64,000 nucleotides of DNA. Origin: Felis catus. Lineage: Eukaryota. A program made the position numbers and the translations under genes. The notes under the pieces were generated by a model, which did no database searches, had not been told where the DNA came from, and was given only the letters and a program-made list of their open reading frames with translations. Location: contig NC_058368.1 in the NCBI RefSeq assembly GCF_018350175.1, forward strand, positions 238,206,001-238,270,000. Direction: 5' to 3'. Positions 1-12,609 of the stretch are shown one piece after another. Each line of letters begins with the position of its first letter. Position 1 is the stretch's first letter.

Positions 1-3000
1 AGCACCCCGAGGATGCTCTAGGCTGGGCCGGCATGGGGGGAGGGCGTCCCACAGCAGTTCCGGGGGGAGGGGAGCCGCAGGGGCACACACGCCTGCCGTG
101 CAGGGGAGGCGCCCAGGGTTCAGAAAGGCAGCGGCAGGCCTGGCGGGAAGGGGTGCCCCCGCCCCGCTTTCCTCCTCCCCTTCCCTCCCCAGCTCAGCTC
201 GCTGCCTCGCCGGGGGTGGGGCGCTGGAAGCGAGGGGGGAGGAAAATCCGGTGAGTGTGGCCTCACCAAGGAGCACCGCTGACCCCAGGGGAGACCCGGG
301 GCCTGCGGGATCCGGCCACCCCGTACAGAGCTCACTTCTAACTTGGGCGCTGCAGGGGTGAGGCGCACACGGTGGGAATGGAGGAGTCAGCGCTTTAGAG
401 GCTCACACTCCTTCTCCACCTCACCTGTGTCTTCAGTAACACAGCAGCCTAGAACGTTCCACCGCAGGAGGGCAAGGAGCCCCTTGGGGAGGGCACAGGT
501 GCAGGGACCACACAGTTGGCCGAGGGTGTCCCGCAGGAAGGGGCCCCAGAGCCCTGGGGACGAAGCAGCCAGCGCTCAGGCACCCTCGTGCCTCCCCGCC
601 CGCCCCCACAGCCTGGTTGGTGGCCCTCCTCTAGATTTCATTCCAGAACCCCAGCTTCCCCCATGGTGCGGCACACGCGGCTCATTAGGGTGAATTTTCA
701 GCGCATTTGCAACCTTTCACCCATTTCCAGCTCAGCGGGCTGGGGCTGCAGGGAAGGCCCCCCAGGAAGCAGTGGAAGGGCCCTCTGGACCCCAGACGGT
801 GGGTTCCAGAGCCCCCGGCCACCCCCCTACAGACACAAACCACATTGTTATTTTGGTTTTGTTCCCAAGTTTCTGGAAACCAGAGGTCACTTTTTATTCC
901 TCCGGTTCGAGTACAGACTAGATCACGTGGCACACTGAGCTGCTGGGCCCGCACTGCCGCAGCACCCCTCCTCGGACGTCTTGTCCAGATGTGCCCGGTT
1001 CCACACCCCGGGGAGACCGGCGACCAGGCGGCCTCCCTGCTCCTCACCTGCCCGTAACAGCGCTGTCCCTGCGGTGAACAGAGACTGTGTCGTCCGAGCC
1101 TGGGTCACCGAAGTCCCAGGCCTCGTCTCGCGGGCCGCCACCCACCCTTGACAGGCGTGGGTTCGCTGGGGGAATGCCCCAAGACCCCGACCTGCTTCGG
1201 GCTCTCGAAACCAAGGGCGCCCTTGTGTGGAGAAGTTACAGGGCTGTGGGGTCGCATCGCAGGGAAGGGGGAGACACAGATACGTGCACAGACTTAGAAA
1301 TAAAAGCAACATGACACGTGCACACAAGGGACACGTTAGACGCGGGAGAGGCGGTGTCTCCCGCCTTTTCTAGGTGGTTCCTTGAAGATCAAGTTTAGGG
1401 TTTTCATCACGGCTTTGCTTTGGTTTCACACAATCACCTGACTTCTCACGCGGTTTGGAGAGCGAGACTGTGGCCCTGAAGCACGTGGGGCCCTCGCGGG
1501 TCCCTGCTCGGCCCAGCAGCGCTGGTGGCTGATCCTGCAGTGTCTCTGTGCCCCTCTCCGGCCTGCGCTGACCCCTCTCCTCGAGTTCACCCAGAAAACG
1601 GACGTAATTCAGGCACTTGCTGCAAAGGGGCAGCAGCGGTTTACAGGACCAGGTGATCCCCGCTCAGGGATCGTTATGCTCAACAGAGGAAGGGGCACGG
1701 TGATGGCCACCCGGGGCCGCTGAGCGCCCAGCTGAGTAACACCCACCTCCCCCAGCACAGGGGGCCGGGCTCCGAGGGTGCCGCCCTGGCCGGGTTGTTC
1801 AGGACGGTGCGTGCTCGCAGGACACGGCTCCGTCCAGACCATGCGCAGGGCGGCAGTCGGATGGAACGGTCCGCCGCGCACACGTCACCGGGGGACGGGA
1901 ACCAGGCTGTGGCAGCCATGTCGTCCGCCCGGGCCCGGGGCTCCCGCGCCACCACCCGCCCTCCGGCCTCCGCAGGGTTAGTGGCTGTGCCATCACGAGC
2001 GGCTCGTGAGAGGCTGGGGGATCGGAAACAAGGGAGCCTCGCTGTCCAGGAGAGAGAGGGACAGAGCGGGCAGGCCGCAGGACGTCCGGATGAGCCACGA
2101 CTGGGCTGGCATTCGAGCATCTGCACTGGGGGCTGTCCTGCCCACCCAAGACCACAGGCTGACACCCCGGCGTTTCCTTCCAGAAGACCCTTACCCTAAC
2201 CGCCCCACTCCCTGCATCCCCTTAATCCACACGGGGCCGTCTCTCCACTGACCAAGCCTTGAGTGCAGGTGCGGTTTCGGGAAACAGAACCTCAGGAGAG
2301 AAATCTAGATGGAGTTTGCTGGTCGGATGGGATACAGAGACATCCGTGCTGCCCGTGGTCTGCAGCACCTACAGCCATGGTTCTCCATGACGCAAGCCAT
2401 CGCCTGTGGCCGGCTCCAGACGGCCACCTGTTCACAGGAGGCTCTGGTGACCAGGCGGCCACCACGTGCACCAGGGTAGAAACTTGCAGAGCAAGGGCCC
2501 GGGCATGAAGAACCCCAGGGCTCTGAATCCCCATCCTGGACCCCGTCAGGACCAGAGAGCTACGGGGCTGTCCTAAAGGAAGCCCTTCTCTCCAGTAGCC
2601 TGACGGTCACAGGCTGGAAGCGGGATTCTCGGGCCGCCTGGCAGGGCACCTGGGGTCCCAGCCCTGGAGGGCCTGAGCCAGTGACCGGGGCGGCACCATG
2701 AGAGGACAGGGACGGAGTCCAGTAAGGGGAGGGTGTGAGCCCCTGCCTCCTCTGGGCACTTCTCGCTGCCCTGCCCCCAGCCACCCTCTCCTTGTCCGGG
2801 AGCACCTGGATCCCCATCACCCCTCGGTGCTTCAAAACCCGAGACCCACCTGAAATCCCGGAGGTCCAGGGCTCAGCTACAAACTGACCAGAGGACGGGC
2901 CGTGCGCGCAAGACGATTGTACAATTTTTATGGACAGAACCACAGGGAGTCTGGAGGGCAGTGGCCCCGAGGGCAACAGGCCAGGCTGGAGGGCGTGGCA

Positions 3001-4339
3001 TCCCCCACCCTGCGCTCTGGCTCCGTGGCATTGGCTGGGGCGGCCGAGAGGGGCCCCCAGTGTTTCAGTGGCTGATGGAGATGTGGGCTCTCTGGCCGCC
3101 ACGTGGAATTAAATCTGAAGGGGAGGACACCAAGTCTCGGGAGACAGGACTGTGGCATCAGGTGGGCTCACCATGCCTGCCCCGCTCAGCCCCGCCCAGC
3201 CCCGCCCATTCCCGCCACAGGCCCCAGCGCATCCCCTCCCCCGGCCCCGGAAAGGGAGCGGCCGAAGAGAGAGCCTGCATTCTCGAAGGCCCTGCGAGGC
3301 TCTTCCCTGTGGGCTGAACACGAGAGACCCCGATTTCGCGGGGATGGCGTCCCAGAGCGCCAGGGCCAACGGCTAGGTCTCGACCGCCAGAGACAAGGTG
3401 CGCGCGGGGCCCCATTCACGAACCCCAGTAGTCAGCCGCTCAAATCCTACTTGACTTGCACAATAAGGGGGACAAAGACAAACAGCCTGGAAACGAGCCA
3501 AAACCGGGTCAAACCTCCAAGCCTGACGGACGAGGTTCGACCTGAACCATGGCCTGCCGACCAACGCCCAGCTTGCGCCGGTTCCGAGGCCCCGTGCGGG
3601 AGGGAGGCCGTGTCCCCTGGGCTGACACCTCTGCGCCACCAGAGGTGCGCGTGCAAGTCTCCTTCCCGACCTTCCCGAGAGGGCCGGCGTGACCGTGTGC
3701 CGTGTGAGGGACGCATCCCGGGGATTTCTGCACAGTGGCTCAGGATGGACACTAATTTCTGGAAATCAGGAGGGCCGCCGCGGCCACAGTCAGGACAGGA
3801 ACCCATGCAGGCAGGTGCATGGAGCTGGGGCTCAAAACCTTGAGAGATTCGGGGGTGGTGACCACAGTCAGATACCCACCGACCTCCCCGTGACCCGTAC
3901 AGGGAACGGCTGGACCTCGTAGGACGTCATCGAATCACCGTAAACTCAGGAGGGTGGTGACCCCCGCTGGGGCTGACTCTCCACACGTGGCTTCTTTAGT
4001 GGGAAAAGATCAACGCGTCCCTTCTCACCAACGTGTGGCTAACGATGTGCGAGTGCATTTTTCTCTATGGCGGTTAATAAACACCACCGCACATACGGTT
4101 TCACCCGCAAAGAAGGCTGTGCTAAAGCCCCACTGTGCTCCCTGAAGCCCCACTGTGCTCCCTGGCCCCTGGGCGTGACCGGGCGCACCGAGCGAGTGGC
4201 CTTGATCACAAAAGCGACAGTGGTCACCACTCCACACGGGGGCAGGGAGGAGAACGCCTGCAATCCAGAAGGTTCTCTGGGCTTTTCGGATACTCCCATC
4301 CTGTGGGTAAAGAAAAGTTGCTGTAATCTGACACGGGGG

Positions 4340-4700
4340 AGGGGACATCTATTTGATTGGAGACGGAGTCTTCAAAGAGGTGATCAACTAAAGTGAGGTC
4401 ACTAGCGTGGGCCCTAATCCAATCCGACCGGTGTCCTGAGGAAGGGAGATCAGGACACAGACACAGGGGGAGGTGCCCGTCCACGGGCCGAGGAGAGAGC
4501 AGCCTGTCCGCCCGGCCCTCGGGCTTCCCACCGGCAGGCTTCCCTTGCTCGAAGTCACCGGGTCTGGGTACGGCCGTCGCCCCAGCAGCCCCGGGGCACT
4601 GACGGGGGGCGGTGGGAGAAGCTGGACGCCCAGACGCAGGCAGAGTCGAGCGAGGCTGACAGCCTGGCTCAAACCCTGTGAAACGCCGGGCCCGCAGCCT
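4340..4700 (+). mobile_element. MaLR (MLT1-type) LTR fragment
   Basis: GGAGACGGAGTCTTCAAAGAGGTGATC...GTGAGGTCACTAGCGTGGGCCCTAATCCAATCCGACCGGTGTCCT...GGACACAGACAC resembles the recalled MLT1A-C consensus. Ends approximate. Confidence 0.7.
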
Positions 4701-7489
4701 TTCCTGTTAGCAAGTGGTCAGGCATCTTGTGCAGACCTTTGGATTTGCTGCGGGCTTCCGCTAACACGCCCCCGAGCTTTGCGAATGCTCCCAACTGGGG
4801 GTATCCCGTTTGCGCGCGTGTCTGCTGGGCTTCTGCGAAGAGCGACGCGCCCTCGGTACGCGGGCAGAGACCTCGGCCTTCGTGAGACGACGACGGGCTT
4901 TTCACTGCAGGGTCGATGGTGGACCCCGCAGCGAGACCGCGTCCTGCGAGCTTCGCGAGGCCCGCGCCCTGGGGCATCGCGACGGGATCTCCGGGGCCGT
5001 CCTGGCACAGAGACAGACAGCGCCGCTCACGTCGCCGCACGCTGTGGCTGCTGGTGTCACCTAGACCCGCCCGGTTTAAAGCCCCGCTTCCGGAGGTCTT
5101 ACTTGCCTGCTCCACTCGAACCCATCTGCACTCGCGGGGCCTCGGGGTGGGGGGCGGCATCCCCGACGCGCATGTTACTGCCCAGTGACACCCTCGTAAA
5201 TGAAACAACCGGGAGAGAGCAGTGCGGGCAGTCGGGCAGAGCGGGCCTGTGCTGAACCGCCTCCGCGGCACGAGCCGCACCGGCGATGCTTGTGCGTCCC
5301 CAGGGGCCTCGGGCTCGGTCCCCTTTCCTGGCACTCCCCACACCCGGGGCGGTGTCCTTGCAGGACACAGAAAGGGCGGGGGCTGCACGGGCACGGCATC
5401 TTCTCTCTACAGCAGCCGAGGCCCCAAGTAGCCCAGCCCATGTCTGCAGGACAGTGGACGGGTCACAAGTCCGTGCACGGCCAAAGCCGTCTACCAGAAA
5501 GAAAGCGGGTGCTCCTGAGTCCCTCAGCCCGTCTTGCTGGGGCTGTCCTGTCAGGAGGCTCTGCCTCGCCAGGGACAGCAGAACCACAGACACACAGGGC
5601 GAGGGACCTCCCTGCCGGGCGGCTGGGCACACAGAACCCCTGGCTTCTCAGTTATCAGAACCAAGCCCAGAGGGGCCAGCAAATCTCTGGTTCCAGAAGA
5701 GACACTGGGAAGATGTCAGGTGGTGACACGGGACAATGAGGATGGGTCACGGGCAGGAGGGTTACTATGGCAGGAGGTGACTGTGACCCGTGGACAGGAG
5801 ACCACGGGGCTAGGAAGTCCCTCGGCCAGGGCCAGCGGCGCCCGCAACTCTGGTCCAGGGCACATGACTGTCCCACCAGAGCAAAGCAGAGGTTGGGGGT
5901 CAGAGAACCCAGGGTGGGGCCTCCGAGGTCCCAGAAACCTGCGAGGGAGGGAAACAGGGTTCTGGTGGAGGAAGTGTCTTTGGAACGACAGCCGTCCGCG
6001 AACGGCCTCCAGCGACAGGAGGAGTGGGCACTGGGGCTTTGCCCTGGTTCCACAGGCAGGCAGAGGGGCTTTCCTCCCTCTGAGGCCGGTCCCCGGGGTG
6101 GACCCCTTCCAGGGCCCTGCTCCCCCACACCTCCTGGCGGGCGCGGGAGCGGGAGCGGCAGCGCTGTCCCGTCCGGGGGGCGGGGCGCTCTCGTCAGTAA
6201 GGCGGCCCCCCTTCCTCCCTTCACCCCGCACTGACAACTCATCAGCTGCACGAAGGACAGATGGCCCCAGGTCATCCTGCAAAAGTCAAATTGTCCTTTG
6301 ACCTTGCCCACATGACCTCCGCATTACTCTTCCGTGTTGCAGAGAAATAGCGCGGAAATCGCCCTCGCCTCCCGCCCCGCCGTTTCCCTGTGTTTCTCCG
6401 GGTTTCTCGCTGTAGGGGAAGCATCCACAGGCCCGGTTGTGACAAATGTCCAAGAGTCAATGCACGCTGAGTCCCGTGTCCTTGGGGGGGCTGCAATTCC
6501 TGTCCTTTGCTCAGACCGTTCTTCTGATTGTTACTATAGACGCTCGAACAGAAAATTTGGAAAACACAAAGGAGTTTGAGGAAAAATAAGTCACGTGTGA
6601 CGCCCTCACTCGGAGCGTATGTAATCTTGATGAATTTTTTCCAGTTGCTGTCTGTACGCACATCTCTGCAATTACTGCGCCAATGACACTGACAAGTCTT
6701 TTCAGGAAAATTGGCCCCAGGGAAACAGCTGGCCACGGACCTTTACCAGGAGCACGGAACTCATGATGCCTTTTGAAGTAGATCTTTCCAGAGTCTGGGT
6801 AGAGAGGGTGAAGCATTGCACGGGGGCGGCGGTCACCGCTGGCCTCACCCCGCCGCTCCCGGGGCCCCAGCGGGGCACCACGGGGCCTTACCCCTCAGGT
6901 CCAGACCACGCGAGGCACCTTTCGGTGCCGGGGCCGCGAGAGACCGGCGGGGGCTGCCGGGCACACGGGCGTCTCAGCGGCCAGGCTGCCCGAGCCAGCC
7001 ACCGACGGAGCTTCCCGACAACACCTTCGAGTGGTTGCCAAGCCACGGAGGCAGGGCCACCAGTGGGCTTCCAAGCATCTACCACGGAGCCCAGGGTGAA
7101 TCCTGACACCATCAGTGCCCCTCGCCCGCTGCCCGCCTGCCATCTTTGAGGGGTCTGGGCTCCTTGAGGGCAGGCGCCCACAGGCAGTCAGCACCCTGCA
7201 CAGAGTGCACCCCTGGGCCTCAGGTGTTCTGGAACAAGGCAGACTGCAGGAAGTAAGGGGTCGTTCCACAGCCCTGGACCCTGCAGGGCCTGTGTCTGGG
7301 GCGTGAGCCGACCTGGAAGGATGTCTGGGCCACCTTTCCCGCCGGAGAGGACGAGGAGCCCTAGGGACGTGCGGGACGGACGATCCTTGCTTTGTGTTCG
7401 TGTGTTTTTGCATTACTCTAACATAGGCATGTTAACGTCAACATAGATAAATCTGTATTTAAGTCTCTCCAAATTTTTGTCACTGCAAT

Positions 7490-8830
7490 ATTTTATTTTT
7501 TAAATGGAAACATAGCTGATGCCACACTGGCAACGCCACCTCGGTTTCAGGCGCACGACGCAGTGCTCCAGCTCTCTGCGCTGCACGGGGCTCACGGGTG
7601 TGTTAGCGCCTGCCCCCATCCGCACGACCGCTCCGGCCACCGGGCCCTTCGTCGCCGTGACTTACTCCTTCCGGAACCAGAGGCCCGTACCTCTCCCTCC
7701 CCTGTGCCCATCTTGCCGAACCCCCGTCCCCTCTGGCAGCCATCAGTTTGTGCTCTGCATTGGCAGGTCCATTTCTGCTTTTTGGGTGTTTCTTCACGTG
7801 TTTCATAGATTCCACGCAGGAGGGACGTCGTGCGGTATTTGTCCTCTGACTGTTTTGCTCAGCATAGTACTCTGGCTCCTTTCTTGTCCTTGCAAATGGC
7901 AAGATCTCATTCTTTTTCACGGCTGAGTAATATTCCGCCGTGTGTGCACACCGCCCCTTCCTCATCCATCCATCGTCGAGGGACACAGGCTGCCTCCCTG
8001 CCGTGGCTGTCGCAGGTAACGCTGCCGCAGACATCAGGGGGCAGGTGTCTTTTCACGTCCGGGTTTTCATCTTCTTCAGGTAAATACCCAGTAGTGCCAG
8101 GGCTGGGCCGTAGGGTGGTTCTATTCTTAACTTTTTGAGAACCCTCCACACTGTTCTCCAGAGTGGCTGCACCAGTTTTCACTCTCACCAACAGTGCACG
8201 AGGGTCCCCTCTTCTCCACATCCTCGCCAACACCCGTTTTTCTTTTTTTTCTTTTTTTTTTTTTTAATTTTTTTTTTCAACGTTTTTATTTATTTTTGGG
8301 ACAGAGAGAGACAGAGCATGAACGGGGGAGGGGCAGAGAGAGAGGCAGACACAGAATCGGAAACAGGCTCCAGGCTCCGAGCCATCAGCCCAGAGCCTGA
8401 CGCGGGGCTCGAACTCAACGGACCGCGAGATCGTGACCTGGCTGAAGTCGGACGCTTAACCGACTGCGCCACCCAGGCGCCCCATCACCCGTTTTTCTTG
8501 TGTTTTGATTTTAGCCGCTTGGACGGTACGAGCTGGTATCTCATCGTGGCTTAGATTTGCATCTCCCTGATGATGATGATGGTGAGCATCTTTTCATGTG
8601 TCTGTTACCATCTGCACGTCTTTGGGAAACGTCTTTTCAGGTCCTCTGCCAATATTTTCATTGGATTATTTGTTTTATGGTGTGTAAGTTCTTTACGTAT
8701 TGTGGACATTAACCCTCTATCAGGTACACGATTTGCAAATACCTTCACTAGGTTGCCTTGTCGTTTTGTTGACTGTTTCCTTTGCTGTGCAAAAGCTTCC
8801 TACTCTGATGTAGTTCACGCATGCTATTGT
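7490..8830 (-). mobile_element. LINE-1 3' fragment (ORF2 C-terminus plus 3'UTR), interrupted by a SINE
   Basis: Minus-strand translation contains EYYSAVKKNEILPFA, the L1 ORF2 C-terminal motif. Typical antisense L1 text CACACTGTTCTCCAGAGTGGCTGCACCAGTTT...CCAACAGTGCACGAGGGTCCCC. Confidence 0.9.
8245..8483 (-). mobile_element. Young felid Can-SINE (SINEC_Fc-like)
   Basis: Full tRNA-derived head (GGGGCGCCTGGGTGGCGCAGTCGGTTAAGCGTCCGAC on minus), CT-rich segment and long A tail. Target-site duplication CACCCGTTTTTCTT at 8231-8244 and 8486-8499. Confidence 0.97.
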
Positions 8831-10662
8831 TTCCCCGGGACAGATGCGTCCCTGTAAAGGTCAAGGTGGTGGTTAGGTCTGCTCAGGGAAGCTCGGTTCA
8901 GCCCGGGAAGATCAAGGCCACGCAGGGGAGAAAGGAGCGGATCTTAACAGGTCCAGGCAGCTTAAAACCAGGAAGAATAAAACCAAGCCATCCTCCCACC
9001 CCGGTCAGGGCCGGGCGGCTCCGAGGCAAATTCTCAGAGACCTCCTGGGGCCACAGGACTACAGTAGGCGTTGGACTTCCCCACAGGCTGTCCTCCTCGG
9101 GGATCTAGATCCTTCTCCCCGTGTGGGGGCGCAGGCCCCGCCGTCCTGCCCTTCTCAGGGCCCTGGGCACTGCTGTCCCAAATACCCTCACAGTGGCACC
9201 CACGACACTGAGGACGATGGTGTCCAGCCAGTGGGAGGACCTTGACCTGGGCTGTGAGCCAGCGAGCCCACCAAGCTGGCATCCCTGGAGTCCTGGGCCG
9301 CTCTGGGCACCCCCCAGCAGGGGCCTTGTCCCCAGAGCCTCGCCCACCTTGTCTCCCGTAGCCCGTGGCCGCCTCCCTGGCCATCAACCCCTAGACAGTA
9401 CGCCTCAAAATGTCCCTTTCGACTTCCAGTGCCAGTGTGTCCTTCCATGAACAGCCTCCTTCTCCATTATTAAGGGATCGGGAAGAGCCACAGGACAGGC
9501 TTCCACAGGACAGGGTCCTGGCAGAGCCAGGAGGGCCCGGGGGGTCCCTGGAGCTGCTGTCGCCCCCACATCTGGGCCCCAGGAGCAGCGCTCTGGGTGT
9601 TAGTCCTTTAAGGACTCCTACAGATTAGGAGTGACCACGGACAGCTTCTCTTTGCTGGAAATGTCTGGTGGAAGCCAGACTCGTGTCGTTCGGCACTTAG
9701 CGTGAGGATTATTGTCAATTCTGGCGTAACGGCAGACCTTCAGAACGAACGCAGAAGACACTGCTCCACTGGTCGGTCTTTCCTTCCCGTTTCTGAGCGG
9801 AAGCCCTGATGCCCCTAAGAAGCCGTTTTCACAAAGATCCCTTGTTACGTGGGAAAGTAGCCTTCCCATTCTCCATCTCCCTGCTGCCAGCCTGGGCTGG
9901 GCGCCCCTCCCCATCTCAGAGCGGTCCGGCTCCCTGCGGCCTCAGCCTTCCAGATGGTTCCGTCTTAAAACGGGCTCTCGGCCTCAGAACCGCGGCCTCC
10001 TGTACGTCTCGGCAGGAAGGAAGCAATGGCTGTGCTCCAGCCTTTCCGGGTCCAGAGCAAGTGTGCGGCCCACACCACATTTCTAATTCAAACTTTATTG
10101 TGTAATTATAGTGTGAAACATATGATTTTTCTCTTTATTTTTCCTCTCAGTTAACGGTAAATTTTATTGCATAAATAAATTACACATGCCGTAATTCATG
10201 CCTCGCAGCCTACACACCAATTAAACCTGAGGTTGACACAGTGCACGCACAATTACAGGTGATCTGCAAAGTGAAATAGCCATTTATTTGCTCTGCAATA
10301 ATAGTCAGCGCCGTTTAGCTACATGGTGGCTGCACGTCCGGGGAGGCAGGGCTCTCGGAGCGGCGATTTACAGGCTCCGTGACTAGGGTGCCGGCGGCAC
10401 GTGGCCTCACGCGGGCCTGGGCATGCCCTGCACGTGGCCACACAGATCGGGGCCTGGTGCTGCTGCCCTGAGGAGGGTCCCAGCAGGACGGTGCACGTCT
10501 TCCCTCCAGAAACGTCCTAAAGCCACGGGTCCCCAACAAGCTTCAGCTGGTAATCACCCTACCCCTCCCGCGGGGTGTAACCAGGGGATGGTCGGCAGGG
10601 TGCCCTGTTCCTCCAGCTGTCCGTGGCCCCTTCTGAGGAGGCCTCCTGGTGCAGGCCTCCTG

Positions 10663-11519
10663 GTGCACGTACCGATGGCTCCAGAAGGTTCCTGACGCAG
10701 TCCTCTCCTGTGCAGGGAATGTGCATGTCCCAATGGTTCCAGAAGGTTCCTGACACAGTGCTCTCCTGTGCAGGGAATGTGCATGTCCCAATGACTCCAG
10801 AAGGCTCCTGACGCAGTCCTCTCCTGTGCAGGGAATGTGCACGTCCCGATGGCTCCAGAAGGTTCCTGACACGGTGCTCTCCTGTGCAGGGAATGTGCAC
10901 GTCCCACTGGCTCCAGAAGGTTCCTGACACGGTGCTCTCCTGTGCAGGGAATGTGCACGTCCCAATGGCTCCAGAAGGCTCCTGACGCAGTCCTCTCCTG
11001 TGCAGGGAATGTGCACGTCCCGATGGCTCCAGAAGGTTCCTGACACGGTGCTCTCCTGTGCAGGGAATGTGCACGTCCCACTGGCTCCAGAAGGTTCCTG
11101 ACACGGTGCTCTCCTGTGCAGGGAATGTGCATGTCCCAATGGCTCCAGAAGGCTCCTGACGCAGTCCTCTCCTGTGCAGGGAATGTGCACATCCCCATGG
11201 CTCCAGAAGGTTCCTGATGCGGTTGTCTCCTGTGCAGGGAATGTGCACATCCCAATGGCTCCAGAAGGTTCCTGACGCAGTCCTCTCCTATGCAGGGAAT
11301 GTGCACATCCCCATGGCTCCAGAAGGTTCCTGATGCGGTTGTCTCCTGTGCAGGGAATGTGCACATCCCAATGGCTCCAGAAGGTTCCTGACGCAGTCCT
11401 CTCCTATGCAGGGAATGTGCACATCCCCATGGCTCCAGAAGGTTCCTGATGCGGTTGTCTCCTGTGCAGGGAATGTGCACATCGTGATCGCTCCTGAAGG
11501 TTCCTGACACGGTCCTCTC
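10663..11519. repeat. 58-bp minisatellite, about 14.8 copies
   Basis: Unit approximately CCAGAAGGTTCCTGACACGGTGCTCTCCTGTGCAGGGAATGTGCACGTCCCAATGGCT. Unit starts at 10681, 10739, 10797 ... 11493, exactly 58 apart. Confidence 0.98.
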
Positions 11520-12609
11520 TCTCCCTGAGGGTCACCGCTGTGAGGTGAGAATGAACAGAGGCGGAGGAAACCGGGCAAGAAAATGGTGGAAACAGCAGAG
11601 GTGGGAGCAGCTGAGGGACGGTGCTCTGGCGGGTGGACTGGAGAGTCTCCCGCACCCGCGAATGGACGCGGGTCTCAGGTCTACTCGAATAAATGAGGGA
11701 CCGGACAACTTACGTCCGGAAGAGAAGTCACAGAACCACGGAGCTGGGCAGCACAGGATTAGTGAGATGACCGGAAAGCCAGTCTCTCCCCAGGGGGACA
11801 GCCACCGCATCCGCGGGACACAGCCAGTGCCACTGCTGCAGACGAGACGCACGCGTGTGCTCAGCCTCTGCCTCCGTGGACGCTGAGGGCCGGACACCAC
11901 GGCAGGGCCACAGCCCGAGGGTCAGGTCAGCCCGCAGACGTGGGGGAGTCTCCACGGGTAGGGCGTTGAGCATGCCCCCTGTCTGTGCCACCGCCTGGGG
12001 CCTCTCCCTCCACGCGGAACAAGAAAGACAGCTAAGACTCTCCAGGAGGAAAGTGTAACCGGCCCACCGGTGAGTGCCTCCGGGCCCCACCGAGCAGAAC
12101 CAGGAGCTCAGGCTGCGTCTCTGTGCGGAAAACCTCAACCTCGTTCTGGAGGGTGACTGTGATGCCACCACCCCTCCCGTAAAGGCTCACTTCACAGAGG
12201 AAACACCCCGGTAGTGTGTTTCTGAAGGAGCGCTTTCCGGATCCCTCAGCGCAAGCAGGTGTCTCCAAGGCCGCTAGGGACGGAGCTGTGGCGGGCAAGG
12301 CCCGAGTGGAAGGTTCTGGCTCTGCGTCCTGGCTGGCAGGAGGCCGGGTGCGGTCCGAGCCTGGCCTCGCCCACTCAGGCTGTGGGGCCACCCCCACCCC
12401 GTCACCCCCACCAGCTGAGCTCTGAAATCCACTTAGAGCTAATCACGCAACGTAAAGTATTTGGTTAACGCTGAACGCACGCGGCCTGCCTTTTTAAATC
12501 CACCCATTTAAACTCACTGCAAGTTACTGCCAGCCAAGTGCCTGTTAAAAAAGCTTTGCTATTAGTCTAGTGAACAAGCATGGTGTCTACTCCACATTTA
12601 AATCACATT

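Noticed and set aside
4125..4164. Exact 20-bp tandem duplication AAGCCCCACTGTGCTCCCTG (similar short duplications at about 31086-31120 and 48708-48736)
   Set aside because: Ordinary slippage-type microduplications with no functional context.
10663..11519. Possible CRISPR-like array
   Set aside because: Units are contiguous near-identical copies with no unique spacers, there are no cas genes, and the DNA is mammalian.
10543..11655. Long minus-strand ORFs (229-318 aa) with Cys/His-containing repeats
   Set aside because: They are translations of the 58-bp minisatellite. All three frames give the same cyclic peptide, with no domain similarity or gene structure.
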